64,000 bases of DNA, from NCBI GenBank assembly GCA_046160305.1, contig JBJXGX010000160.1, positions 4,219 through 68,218 on the forward strand, written 5' to 3'. This document shows, in pieces, positions 49,522 to 57,853 of this stretch. Both the position numbers and the translations under genes were made by a program. The DNA is from Burkholderiales bacterium (GTDB taxonomy: Bacteria; Pseudomonadota; Gammaproteobacteria; Burkholderiales; SG8-39). A model generated the notes under the pieces. That model was given only the letters and a program-made list of their open reading frames with translations. It was not told the origin of the DNA and did no database searches. Each line of letters begins with the position of its first letter. The stretch's first letter is position 1.

Positions 49522-49980
49522 ATGCAAATCATTCTGATGGAGAAGATCACCAATCTCGGCGGACTTGGAGATGTGGTGAAAGTGAAAGACGGCTTCGCGC
49601 GCAACTTCCTGATTCCGTCGGGCAAAGCGCGACGCGCAACACCTGCAAACCTGGAAGAGTTCCAGAAGCGCCGGGTCGAGCTTGAAAAGGCGCACGGGGA
49701 ATCGCTCGCGCTCGCCCAGTCACGCGGTGCGAAGCTGGATGGATTCGCGGTCAAGGTCACCCGCAAGGCCGGGGTTGACGGTCGGCTGTTTGGTTCGGTG
49801 ACGTCACACGATATCGTCGATGCGCTCAAGGCGCAGGGACATGACGTGGAGCGCACCGCGATTCGTCTGCCGCAAGGACCGTTGAAAGCGATCGGTGATC
49901 ATCAGGTTGCCGTTGCCTTGCACGCGGACATGGTCGTGCATGTGACCGTGTCGGTCGTTGGTGAGTTGGTCGGAAGCTGA
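49522..49980 (+). CDS. rplI: 50S ribosomal protein L9
   Basis: Starts [32 protein letters not shown]. 152 aa. Confidence 0.95.
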   Translation: MQIILMEKITNLGGLGDVVKVKDGFARNFLIPSGKARRATPANLEEFQKRRVELEKAHGESLALAQSRGAKLDGFAVKVTRKAGVDGRLFGSVTSHDIVDALKAQGHDVERTAIRLPQGPLKAIGDHQVAVALHADMVVHVTVSVVGELVGS

Positions 49981-50075
49981 CCCTTCGAGTCCGGCCTAAA
50001 GTGTTCATGCCTCGCTATCGGTGCGAGGGATGAGCACTCCCTGAGCGCGCCCGCGCACGCGACCGATGCGTAGGC

Positions 50076-50101
50076 AAAAAAAACGGCCCTTTCGGGCCGT
50101 T
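50076..50101 (-). terminator. rho-independent terminator oriented for a minus-strand transcript
   Basis: The minus strand reads AACGGCCC-GAAA-GGGCCGTT followed by U8. That is an 8-bp GC-rich stem with a GNRA loop. On the plus strand no T-run follows the hairpin. Confidence 0.75.
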
Positions 50102-50589
50102 ACAGGGAGGAAGAGCGCGATGACTCAGCGCTCTCGGAGGTAACTGGTTAAGTGCCTCGATTCTCGCGAGGCGATCTCATCAAACTGGAAAGTCCGCAGA
50201 CGCTAATTTTTGTCTCTTCCGATAAGCGGTAGCTTTATGGTGATCAGCGGGCTAGCGCTGTCGGAGAAAAATTCGATGTAAATCCGACGAAGGAACATTA
50301 GCACAGATTTCGGCGGTTTGCGAATATTTTGTTACTCTCCGTAAGCGATTGAATTGTATCAGTTAATAGCCTTTATATTGCTCTTTTAGGGGCCTGAAAT
50401 GTCGGTCCGATCCACTTCGGAGTGATAGTTTGACGAAATGTTGACAGATGGGGGCTTTTCGCTGACTGGCCGGCGCAAAGTGGGGCGAGGCGTTTCGACC
50501 ACTCGTCGTCGGACGGGCGGGTCCCGGCGTGCGTGTCGCGCTGGAACCAGCAAGCTCCACGGCTTTTGGTGCGTTGCAACAAAAAAAGC

Positions 50590-50617
50590 TTGACATGCTT
50601 TTCACGACCCTTAAAAT
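50590..50617 (+). promoter_or_regulatory. candidate sigma70 promoter of the phasin gene (TTGACA-16-TAAAAT)
   Basis: TTGACA at 50590-50595 and TAAAAT at 50612-50617. The TGC-rich GTGCATTGCAGCA just downstream could be a PhaR-type operator. Confidence 0.55.
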
Positions 50618-50671
50618 GGTGTTTGTGCATTGCAGCAATAAACGTCCCACCCAACTAAGGAGTCGCCCGAA

Positions 50672-51196
50672 ATGACGATCAGCCAAGAGAATTTGATGTC
50701 CGCCGGCAAAGCCGGTGTTGAAGCCGGAATAGCCATTGCCCAAACCCAGTTCGCGGCGATGGAGCGGCTTGCAGCACTGAATTTGAATACCGCCAAAGCA
50801 ACCTTCGCAGACGCGAGCGAGCACGTTCGCTCGGCTCTCAACGCGCGCGATCCCCAAGAGCTCGGCAAGCTGAATACCGCTGTCGCGCAGCCGGCCATCC
50901 AGAGCGCTGTGGCCTACGCAAAGAGTGTCTACGACGTGGCGGCCCAGGCGCAAGCAAACGTCGTCAAGATCGTCGAAGCGCAGGGTACGGAACTGAACCG
51001 CGCTTTCGCCAGCACGATCGACGCGATGGCCAAGAATGCACCGGCCGGATCCGATGCCGCGATCAACGCATTCAAGTCGACCTTTGCCGCATTCAATTTT
51101 GCCTACGACGGCTGGTCGAAAATCGCCAAGCAGACGGTGGAAGCAGCGGAATCGAATTTCGAAAGCAAGGCGAAACCCGTTTCGAAATCGCGTTAA
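50672..51196 (+). CDS. phaP: phasin (PHA granule-associated protein)
   Basis: 174 aa, Ala-rich and predicted helical, with a phasin-family pattern (AAMERLAALNLNTAKA). AAGGAG lies upstream. Followed by phaC. Confidence 0.85.
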   Translation: MTISQENLMSAGKAGVEAGIAIAQTQFAAMERLAALNLNTAKATFADASEHVRSALNARDPQELGKLNTAVAQPAIQSAVAYAKSVYDVAAQAQANVVKIVEAQGTELNRAFASTIDAMAKNAPAGSDAAINAFKSTFAAFNFAYDGWSKIAKQTVEAAESNFESKAKPVSKSR

Positions 51197-51252
51197 GGCG
51201 AGACGCCCTATGTAGTGATCTCGTCCGATAGGCGAGTATCGCGACAACGAGA

Positions 51253-51290
51253 AGCCCCGGCCAGTCCGAGTGTCCGGGGCTTTTTCGTTT
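51253..51290 (+). terminator. rho-independent terminator after the phasin gene
   Basis: AGCCCCGG (51253-51260) pairs with CCGGGGCT (51274-51281), followed by TTTTCGTTTT. Confidence 0.75.
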
Positions 51291-51457
51291 TCCGTGTCCG
51301 GTTTCGGGCCGCTCCAAGAAACGAATCCGATCACTCGCACGGTTTCCTCCTGCGCGATAACACGTGACCGGAACGGGCTTGCACAAATCGACGCATCGTT
51401 TCAAGATGCTGGCGTGGGTAGACCTTTGCGACCGCGACGCCCGGCCTAAGAGAATTC

Positions 51458-53200
51458 ATGCAGTACTCAACAAACGATCCCGCCCGACTGCTGACCGAAT
51501 GGATGCGAGCAGGTCAGGAGGCGATGCAAAATTTCAATCTCGCGTTGGGCGCCGGTGCGCCATTCGCGTCCGGCGCCCCGCCGAACGACACGGCTGATCC
51601 GGCGGCCCGGCTCATTGCGAACGTCACGAGCGCGGCAGAACTCCAACGGGAAGCATTCAAGAGCATTACGGACTTCTGGACGCACTTTGCCGCACAGCCG
51701 GGATCAGGCGGCGTGACCAGCGCGTCTTCGGTCAACGATCGCCGATTCGCGAACGAGGCATGGGCCAACGACCCCCGCTTCGATCTGGTCCGCCGAGCGT
51801 ACCTGGCGTACTCAAGTTTTCTTGAGGGCACGGTGGAACAGACCAACGCGGATGAAAGAACCAAAGGGCAGTTGCGCTTCGGGGTCCGGCAATTTCTGGA
51901 CGCGATGAGTCCGTCGAATTTTCTCGCGACGAATCCCGAGGCGACCCAACTCGCTATCGAGTCGGGCGGGAAGAGTCTGGCCGAAGGGATGGCCCTATAC
52001 TTCCAGGACCTCGCAAAGGGTCGTGTCTCGATGACCGACGAGAATGCCTTTGCGATCGGCAAGAATCTGGCGATGACACCCGGTGCGGTGGTGTACGAGA
52101 ACGAGATGATTCAACTCATCCAATACGCACCCACCACCAATGCTGTGTTCGAACGCCCGCTCATCATCATTCCGCCGTGCGTCAACAAGTTCTACATCCT
52201 CGATCTGCAACCGGAGAACTCGTTCATTCGCCACGCGATCGCAGAAGGCCACACGGTGTTTGTCGTGTCGTGGCGGCAGATCACTGCCGATCTTGGGCAT
52301 CTTACGTGGGACGATTATCTCAGCGAAGGGGTGATGCGAGCGATCGATGCCGCCCGTGCCATCACGGGTGAATCGCGGGTCAATGCGCTCGGCTTTTGCG
52401 TCGGTGGCACGCTGCTCGCCTCTGCGCTCGCGGTCATGGCAACGCGCGGCGAAGATAAGATTGCAAGCCTCACGCTTCTCACCACATTGCTCGATTTCAC
52501 CGACACCGGCGAATTGGGATTACTGGTGAGCGAGGAAGCCGTCGCCGCGCGGGAAGCAAGTATCGGAAGCGGTGGCATTCTTCCGGGCAAGGAAATGGCG
52601 TTCACGTTTTCGGCACTCCGCGCGAACGACCTTATCTGGCAGTACGTCACCAACAGCTACCTTAAAGGCAAGGCGCCGCCCGCCTTCGATCTCCTCTATT
52701 GGAACGCCGATAGCACCAACTTACCCGGACCGATGGTGACGTGGTTCCTGCGCAATGCCTATCTGGAAAACAAGCTTGCCAAGGCGGGCAAGACGATCCA
52801 GTGCGACATTCCGATGGACTTCGCTGCCGTCCACGCCCCCACCTATGTGTACGCCTCGCGCGATGATCACATCGTGCCGTGGAAAACGGCCTACCAATCG
52901 ACACGACTGCTCGGCGGCGAGACGATATTTCTGCTTGGCGCGAGCGGCCATATAGCCGGGGTCATCAATCCGCCGGCGAAGGGCAAGCGCAACTATTGGG
53001 TCGATGGCGCAACGAGCGAGGACCCCGAGGAGTGGCTCTCGACGGCGTCTTCCATGCCGGGGAGCTGGTGGCCGCATTGGTATCAATGGCTCGCACCGCA
53101 TTCGGGTGCGCACCGGCGCGCGCGCACGCGGCTTGGCAGTAAGAAGTACCCAACCATCGAGCCTGCACCCGGACGCTACGTCCTCGTGAAGGCGGACTGA
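51458..53200 (+). CDS. phaC: class I poly(R)-hydroxyalkanoate synthase
   Basis: 580 aa, single-subunit size. Contains the lipase-box-like GFCVGG with the catalytic Cys. Confidence 0.9.
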   Translation: MQYSTNDPARLLTEWMRAGQEAMQNFNLALGAGAPFASGAPPNDTADPAARLIANVTSAAELQREAFKSITDFWTHFAAQPGSGGVTSASSVNDRRFANEAWANDPRFDLVRRAYLAYSSFLEGTVEQTNADERTKGQLRFGVRQFLDAMSPSNFLATNPEATQLAIESGGKSLAEGMALYFQDLAKGRVSMTDENAFAIGKNLAMTPGAVVYENEMIQLIQYAPTTNAVFERPLIIIPPCVNKFYILDLQPENSFIRHAIAEGHTVFVVSWRQITADLGHLTWDDYLSEGVMRAIDAARAITGESRVNALGFCVGGTLLASALAVMATRGEDKIASLTLLTTLLDFTDTGELGLLVSEEAVAAREASIGSGGILPGKEMAFTFSALRANDLIWQYVTNSYLKGKAPPAFDLLYWNADSTNLPGPMVTWFLRNAYLENKLAKAGKTIQCDIPMDFAAVHAPTYVYASRDDHIVPWKTAYQSTRLLGGETIFLLGASGHIAGVINPPAKGKRNYWVDGATSEDPEEWLSTASSMPGSWWPHWYQWLAPHSGAHRRARTRLGSKKYPTIEPAPGRYVLVKAD

Positions 53201-53424
53201 TCGCCCAACGTAAGCAGGCGCAACGCGTGGGAGACGTCGCGATCGTCGCAGCGTTGCGGAGCGTAACCGGGAGATTCGGTGGCCCGCCACGATAGCTGCC
53301 GCGAAACGGGGTGCGCATGTCATCATTCATACGCGCGACGGTGTTCGAATAGGCGGCGATATCGGCGCGGCGCTAGTCGTGGCATATTGATCGCGGACTT
53401 GCAGTCGGAAAAAGGAGCAATGAG

Positions 53425-54162
53425 ATGACAAAGCGCGTTGCGTTTGTGACGGGTGGCATGGGTGGTATCGGAACGTCGATCTGCCAGCGTCTGGCGAAGG
53501 AAGGCCACACGGTGATCGCCGGTTGCGGGCCGAGTCGCGATCATGTGAAGTGGCTCGCGGCGCAGCGTGAATTGGGCTACACGTTTTTCGTCTCGATGGG
53601 TAATGTGGGCGATTGGGACTCGACGGTCGATGCGCTCAAAAAAGTGAAGGACGAGCACGGCGGCGTCGATATCCTGGTGAACAACGCCGGCATCACGCGT
53701 GACGGAACATTTCGCAAGATGTCGCGGGAGGACTGGTCCGCGGTCATCAACACCAATCTGAATAGCCTGTTCAATGTGACGCGTCAGGTGATCGACGGCA
53801 TGCTTGATCGCGGATGGGGACGGGTCATCAATATCTCCTCGGTGAACGGACAAAAAGGTCAGTTCGGGCAGACCAACTACTCGACCGCCAAAGCCGGAAT
53901 TCACGGCTTCACGATGGCGCTCGCGCAGGAAGTCGCGTCGAAAGGTGTGACGGTCAACACTGTGTCGCCCGGCTACATCGGAACGGACATGGTGCGAGCG
54001 GTTCGCCCCGACGTGCTGGAAAAAATCGTCAATACCATTCCGGTCAAGAGGCTCGGCACGCCGGATGAGATCGGTTCGATCGTGGTATGGCTTGCTTCCG
54101 AGGACGGCGGCTTCGCAACCGGCGCGGACTTCTCGCTGAACGGCGGGCTGCACATGGGGTAA
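53425..54162 (+). CDS. phaB: acetoacetyl-CoA reductase
   Basis: 245 aa SDR. VAFVTGGMGGIGT and YSTAKAG match the PhaB subfamily, and it sits next to phaC. Confidence 0.85.
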   Translation: MTKRVAFVTGGMGGIGTSICQRLAKEGHTVIAGCGPSRDHVKWLAAQRELGYTFFVSMGNVGDWDSTVDALKKVKDEHGGVDILVNNAGITRDGTFRKMSREDWSAVINTNLNSLFNVTRQVIDGMLDRGWGRVINISSVNGQKGQFGQTNYSTAKAGIHGFTMALAQEVASKGVTVNTVSPGYIGTDMVRAVRPDVLEKIVNTIPVKRLGTPDEIGSIVVWLASEDGGFATGADFSLNGGLHMG

Positions 54163-54173
54163 TCGCGGGGTTT

Positions 54174-54191
54174 CGCAACGCATGCGTTGCG
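54174..54191. repeat. 18-bp perfect palindrome CGCAACGCATGCGTTGCG (copy 1), nested in a longer hairpin
   Basis: Flanked by TAATCGCGG and CCGCGATTA (54160-54200), which extend the stem. Lies 12 nt after the phaB stop. Confidence 0.9.
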
Positions 54192-54250
54192 CCGCGATTA
54201 CGGGTTCGGCATGAAGGCCGAACCCTCCAAGCGCGCATATGAGGAATTTC

Positions 54251-54268
54251 CGCAACGCATGCGTTGCG
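54251..54268. repeat. 18-bp perfect palindrome CGCAACGCATGCGTTGCG (copy 2)
   Basis: Identical to copy 1. Ends 1 nt before the stop codon of the convergent SMP-30 gene. Confidence 0.9.
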
Positions 54269-54269
54269 C

Positions 54270-55199
54270 CTACAAGTGCGCCGTCACCGTCCGCCCCCGA
54301 TGCGGCATCGTTGCGCGCAGAATCGCACCATGATGCGATTCGGTCATATAGAGAACGTCGTCGGTATTCCCGGCCGCGTCGATGCCATAGGCGATGTTCG
54401 TGATGAACGAGCCTGCGGGGCCTTTGACGCGAACGATCGCCTCCCCCTCAGGATTCACCAGCCACACTGAGCCGCTTCCCGGATGCGCAATGGCGAGGTT
54501 GCCGGCATCGTCCATCGCGAGACCGTCCGGACCGGTCGGGCCGAACAACTGAAAGAAATTGCCGACTTTCGAGAGCGTGCCGTCTTGCATGATGGGTCCG
54601 CGCCAGATGCAATTTCCGCGCGTAGCCGCGACGAACAAAACCTTTTCCTCTGCATCGAGCACGATACCGTTCGGGCTCGGTACGTTTGCAAGAAGCAACT
54701 CGAGGCGACCATCGACCCGCATCCGGTACACCCGTCCCGTGGGGTCATGCAGACCGGTCTGGCCTTGATCGGTGAATAGAATGTCGCCATTCGCTGCGAT
54801 CGTGAGATCGTTGAGGCCCTTGAAACTTTCCGAGTTGCGGTGGGTGAGCACCGATGTAATCCGACCCGTGGTCGCATCGAGCTGCATCAAGCCGCGGCGA
54901 TAGTCCGCAATCAGGATGCGCCCGTCCCGCGCGATCTTCAGTCCATTCGGCCAGCCGTCGTACTCGACCGCGAGCGTCCATTCGCCTGAAGGTGCGATGC
55001 GAAAAATGCGCCCGAACGGAATATCGACCACATGGAGATTGCCGGCCCGGTCGAAAGCGGGACCTTCCAGAAAGCAGTCGACGGGCGCGCCGCCCCGGTT
55101 TGCATCGGCCCACGCGGTTTGCTCGCCGGTGCGACGAAACCGCGCGGGCATCGCGCTGTGGAGCTGAGCGGTGATCAATGCGGGAGGGTGCGCAGGCAT
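54270..55199 (-). CDS. SMP-30/gluconolactonase/LRE family protein
   Basis: The ORF runs to 55397. I prefer the ATG at 55199 (MPAHPP), which gives about 309 aa. Beta-propeller lactonase pattern (GPAFDRAGNLHVVD, PNGI, DGLAMD). Confidence 0.8.
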   Translation of the reverse strand: MPAHPPALITAQLHSAMPARFRRTGEQTAWADANRGGAPVDCFLEGPAFDRAGNLHVVDIPFGRIFRIAPSGEWTLAVEYDGWPNGLKIARDGRILIADYRRGLMQLDATTGRITSVLTHRNSESFKGLNDLTIAANGDILFTDQGQTGLHDPTGRVYRMRVDGRLELLLANVPSPNGIVLDAEEKVLFVAATRGNCIWRGPIMQDGTLSKVGNFFQLFGPTGPDGLAMDDAGNLAIAHPGSGSVWLVNPEGEAIVRVKGPAGSFITNIAYGIDAAGNTDDVLYMTESHHGAILRATMPHRGRTVTAHL

Positions 55200-55242
55200 C
55201 GTGGAGGCGTCTTCCTTCAGTGAGGCGGTCGTAAGCGGTCCG

Positions 55243-56478
55243 ATGCTAGCATCGGGGATGTCTGTCGAGCATGAAAGCGTCATCCCCGATTCGCCGCGAT
55301 TTCCATTCCGGCGACAGTGCCCGTTCGACCCGCCACCCGAATATGCAAAGGCCCGCGCGGCCGGCCCATTGCATAGCGTCACATTATGGAATGGCAAGCG
55401 CGCATGGCTGGTGACCCGCTATGACGAAGTGCGTTCGGTATTGATGGACGACCGGCGCTTCAGTGGTGCCATGGCGCAACCGGATTTCCCGACCGTGACC
55501 GAGGCACGCGTCATCGTGGACCGGAACGAGCGCGCGTTCGTCGGCATGGACAATCCGCTGCACGATCACTATCGACGCATGTTCACGCGCGAGTTCAGCG
55601 TGCGCCGGATGTTGGCCTTCAAGCCGAGGATCGCGCAGATTGCCGAAGATCTGATCGACGAGATCGAAGCAGAGGGCCCGCCGCTTGATCTGGTGAGCAC
55701 ATTGGCGGTGAAATTTCCGTCGCTGGTGATGTCCGCACTGTTCGGATCGCCTTACTCGGACCATCCGTTCATCATTCGCTGCGCTGTCGCCCGGCACGGT
55801 CTTACGCAGACACCGGACGAAGCGCAGAGCAAGGCACGTGAGCTGGCCGCGTACGTTCGCCGACTGATCGATCGGAAAGAAGCTGAAACCGGCGATGACA
55901 TGGTGAGTCGCATTATCGAAGAGCATGTGAAGCCGGGCAACCTGAGTCGCGACGACTTTGCCGAGATCGGCGCGATGATCCTGCGCGCGGGGCACGACAC
56001 GACGACCAACATGATCGGCATGGGAACGCTTCTGATCCTGCAGGACGACTCTTTGCGTCGAAGCCTGATCGAGCATCCCGCACTGATCGAAGGTGCGGTC
56101 GAGGAGTTGCTGCGCTTCGTGACGCCGGTGCAGTTCTCGCCGCGACGCGTGGCGCTGGAAGATGTAGAGATCGGTGGCGTCTTGGTGCGTAAAGGCGAAG
56201 GGCTGTTCCTCCTGCTGGCTTCGGTCAACAGGGATGAAAGCGTTTTTCCGAATCCGGATGCCGTCGATTTCGAGCGTGACGCCTCCGCACAGCTCGCGTT
56301 CGGCTACGGCATTCACCAGTGTCTTGGGCAAATGCTTGCCCGCTACGAGCTTCACATCCTGTTCGCCGTGCTGCTGAGACGATTGCCGGCGCTACGGCTT
56401 GCCGTGCCGCTTGCGGACATTCGCTTCAAGCACGATATGCAGATCTACGGCATCCACAATCTGCCGGTAACCTGGTAG
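55243..56478 (+). CDS. cytochrome P450
   Basis: Heme-binding loop FGYGIHQCLG, I-helix AGHDTT and EELLR (the ExxR motif). The start is uncertain: ATG 55243 or ATG 55258. Confidence 0.9.
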   Translation: MLASGMSVEHESVIPDSPRFPFRRQCPFDPPPEYAKARAAGPLHSVTLWNGKRAWLVTRYDEVRSVLMDDRRFSGAMAQPDFPTVTEARVIVDRNERAFVGMDNPLHDHYRRMFTREFSVRRMLAFKPRIAQIAEDLIDEIEAEGPPLDLVSTLAVKFPSLVMSALFGSPYSDHPFIIRCAVARHGLTQTPDEAQSKARELAAYVRRLIDRKEAETGDDMVSRIIEEHVKPGNLSRDDFAEIGAMILRAGHDTTTNMIGMGTLLILQDDSLRRSLIEHPALIEGAVEELLRFVTPVQFSPRRVALEDVEIGGVLVRKGEGLFLLLASVNRDESVFPNPDAVDFERDASAQLAFGYGIHQCLGQMLARYELHILFAVLLRRLPALRLAVPLADIRFKHDMQIYGIHNLPVTW

Positions 56479-56489
56479 GCACGGTGGTA

Positions 56490-56670
56490 AGGATACGACT
56501 CGTGATTAGCAATGATCCTCCGCTACGCTACGAATCATGGCCAATCACCCAAAGATTTTGTACGAACAAGGGGAGAAAGACCCCCTTGTGTATCCCCCAT
56601 AGGAACAAGGAAGCTTCGCCCCCTTGTTGATCCCCTCCACAGCGGAGTTTCATTGCTAATCAGGATACGA
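56490..56670. mobile_element. MITE-like insertion of about 164 bp flanked by a 9-bp direct repeat AGGATACGA
   Basis: The direct repeats lie at 56490-56498 and 56662-56670. The terminal inverted repeats are TGATTAGCAATGA (56503-56515) and TCATTGCTAATCA (56650-56662). There are two internal hairpins. No transposase gene is present. Confidence 0.6.
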
Positions 56671-56856
56671 GTTGATCCGGCACGATGCATCGGATCCGGG
56701 CAATGTGTCCGGACAGTCCCCGGCGTATTTGATCAACGCGAAGAGGATGGCATTGTCGTGTTGCTTGATGCGAATCCCGCCGGCGCTCTCGTCGAGCGGG
56801 TTCGCAAGGCGGCCAGACTTTGTCCATCGCAGTCCATACGGATCGAAGAAACCTAG
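56653..56856 (+). CDS. small [3Fe-4S]/[4Fe-4S] ferredoxin (P450 redox partner type)
   Basis: RIRVDPARCIGSGQC...ARLCPSQSIRIEE is the typical single-cluster ferredoxin. The proposed start is TTG 56653, preceded by GGAG, both inside the inserted element. The alternative ATG 56512 would give 114 aa. Confidence 0.65.
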   Translation: MLIRIRVDPARCIGSGQCVRTVPGVFDQREEDGIVVLLDANPAGALVERVRKAARLCPSQSIRIEET

Positions 56857-56871
56857 ATAGGAGGCATCACC

Positions 56872-57837
56872 ATGCGCTCAATGAGACATCTCGCACTTGC
56901 CCTGGCATGCGCGACCATCGCGGCCGGCGCGCTCGCCCAGGAATTTCCGACCAAGCCGATCCGCTTGTTGATTCCGTTTCCACCCGGCGGCGGCACCGAT
57001 TTCGTTTCGCGCATCGTTGCCAACAAGCTTGCCGATACGCTCAAGTGGAATGTGGTTCCGGAAAATCGCCCCGGTGCGTCGGGCAACATCGCGATCGAAG
57101 CCACCGCGAAATCGCCGGCCGATGGCTATACCATCGTCATGGGGCAGTCGGACAACATGATGCTTGGACCTTGGCTCTATCCGAGCGTGGGGTATGACAC
57201 CGTGAAGAGCTTCGTGCCGATCGTTCAAGTGTCGAGAACATCGCTTGCGATGGTGAGTGCCGCCAAATCGCCGCTTGCATCGCCCGCCGATCTCGTCGCA
57301 CGGGGTAAGTCGCCGGCAGGATTGAGTTGGGCGACCGCCGGGAACGGCTCGGTCGGACATGTGTTCGGGGAGCAATTCCAGCGCGCCGCGGGCATCAAGA
57401 TCCTGCAAGTTCCCTACAAGGGCGCCACACCCGCACTCGCCGACGTCATGGGTGGGCAGGTCGACGTTGCCATCATGTCGGTCCCATCTGTCTTGGGCTT
57501 GGTGAAAAGCGGCAAGCTGACGGCCGTGGCGGTGAGCTCGGCGCAGCGCTCGGCGGCATTGCCTGCAACGCCCACCCTCGACGAATCCGGTCAGCGAGGC
57601 CTCGACGTGACCATCTGGCTCGGACTGTTCGCCCCGATCGGTACGCCTGAACCGATCATCGCCCGCTTGAACGCCGAAGTGAACAAGGTACTCCAGTCAC
57701 CGGATGTGATCGAGAAAGTCACTGCCCAGGGCGTGAGCGTGGCAGGCGGCACATCGGAGGACTTTGCGGCGTTTGTTCGCACCGACTATGAGCGATGGGG
57801 GCGCGTCGTCAAGGAATCGGGCGTGAAGTTGGAATAA
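56872..57837 (+). CDS. Bug-family (TctC-like) periplasmic solute-binding protein
   Basis: 321 aa with a signal peptide followed by FPTKPIRLLIPFPPGGGTD. Confidence 0.9.
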   Translation: MRSMRHLALALACATIAAGALAQEFPTKPIRLLIPFPPGGGTDFVSRIVANKLADTLKWNVVPENRPGASGNIAIEATAKSPADGYTIVMGQSDNMMLGPWLYPSVGYDTVKSFVPIVQVSRTSLAMVSAAKSPLASPADLVARGKSPAGLSWATAGNGSVGHVFGEQFQRAAGIKILQVPYKGATPALADVMGGQVDVAIMSVPSVLGLVKSGKLTAVAVSSAQRSAALPATPTLDESGQRGLDVTIWLGLFAPIGTPEPIIARLNAEVNKVLQSPDVIEKVTAQGVSVAGGTSEDFAAFVRTDYERWGRVVKESGVKLE

Positions 57838-57853
57838 CGCGCGGGAGGCGACG

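Noticed and set aside
50076-50101. The hairpin as the terminator of the rplI operon
   Set aside because: On the plus strand the stem is followed by ACAGGGAGG with no U-tract, and the A8 run lies on the 5' side. The orientation fits a minus-strand transcript. It may still stall plus-strand transcription, but it is not a canonical plus-strand terminator.
50363-51340. 325-aa minus-strand ORF covering the phasin gene
   Set aside because: It is antisense to a phasin gene that has a promoter, an RBS and a terminator. It has no motifs and would have to read through the plus-strand terminator.
49981-54162. Absence of dnaB after rplI, and of phaA and phaR around phaC and phaB, considered as a rearrangement signal
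   Set aside because: Gene order after rplI and the composition of pha clusters vary among Betaproteobacteria. Without a reference genome this cannot be called unusual. Only the AT-rich spacer itself is reported.
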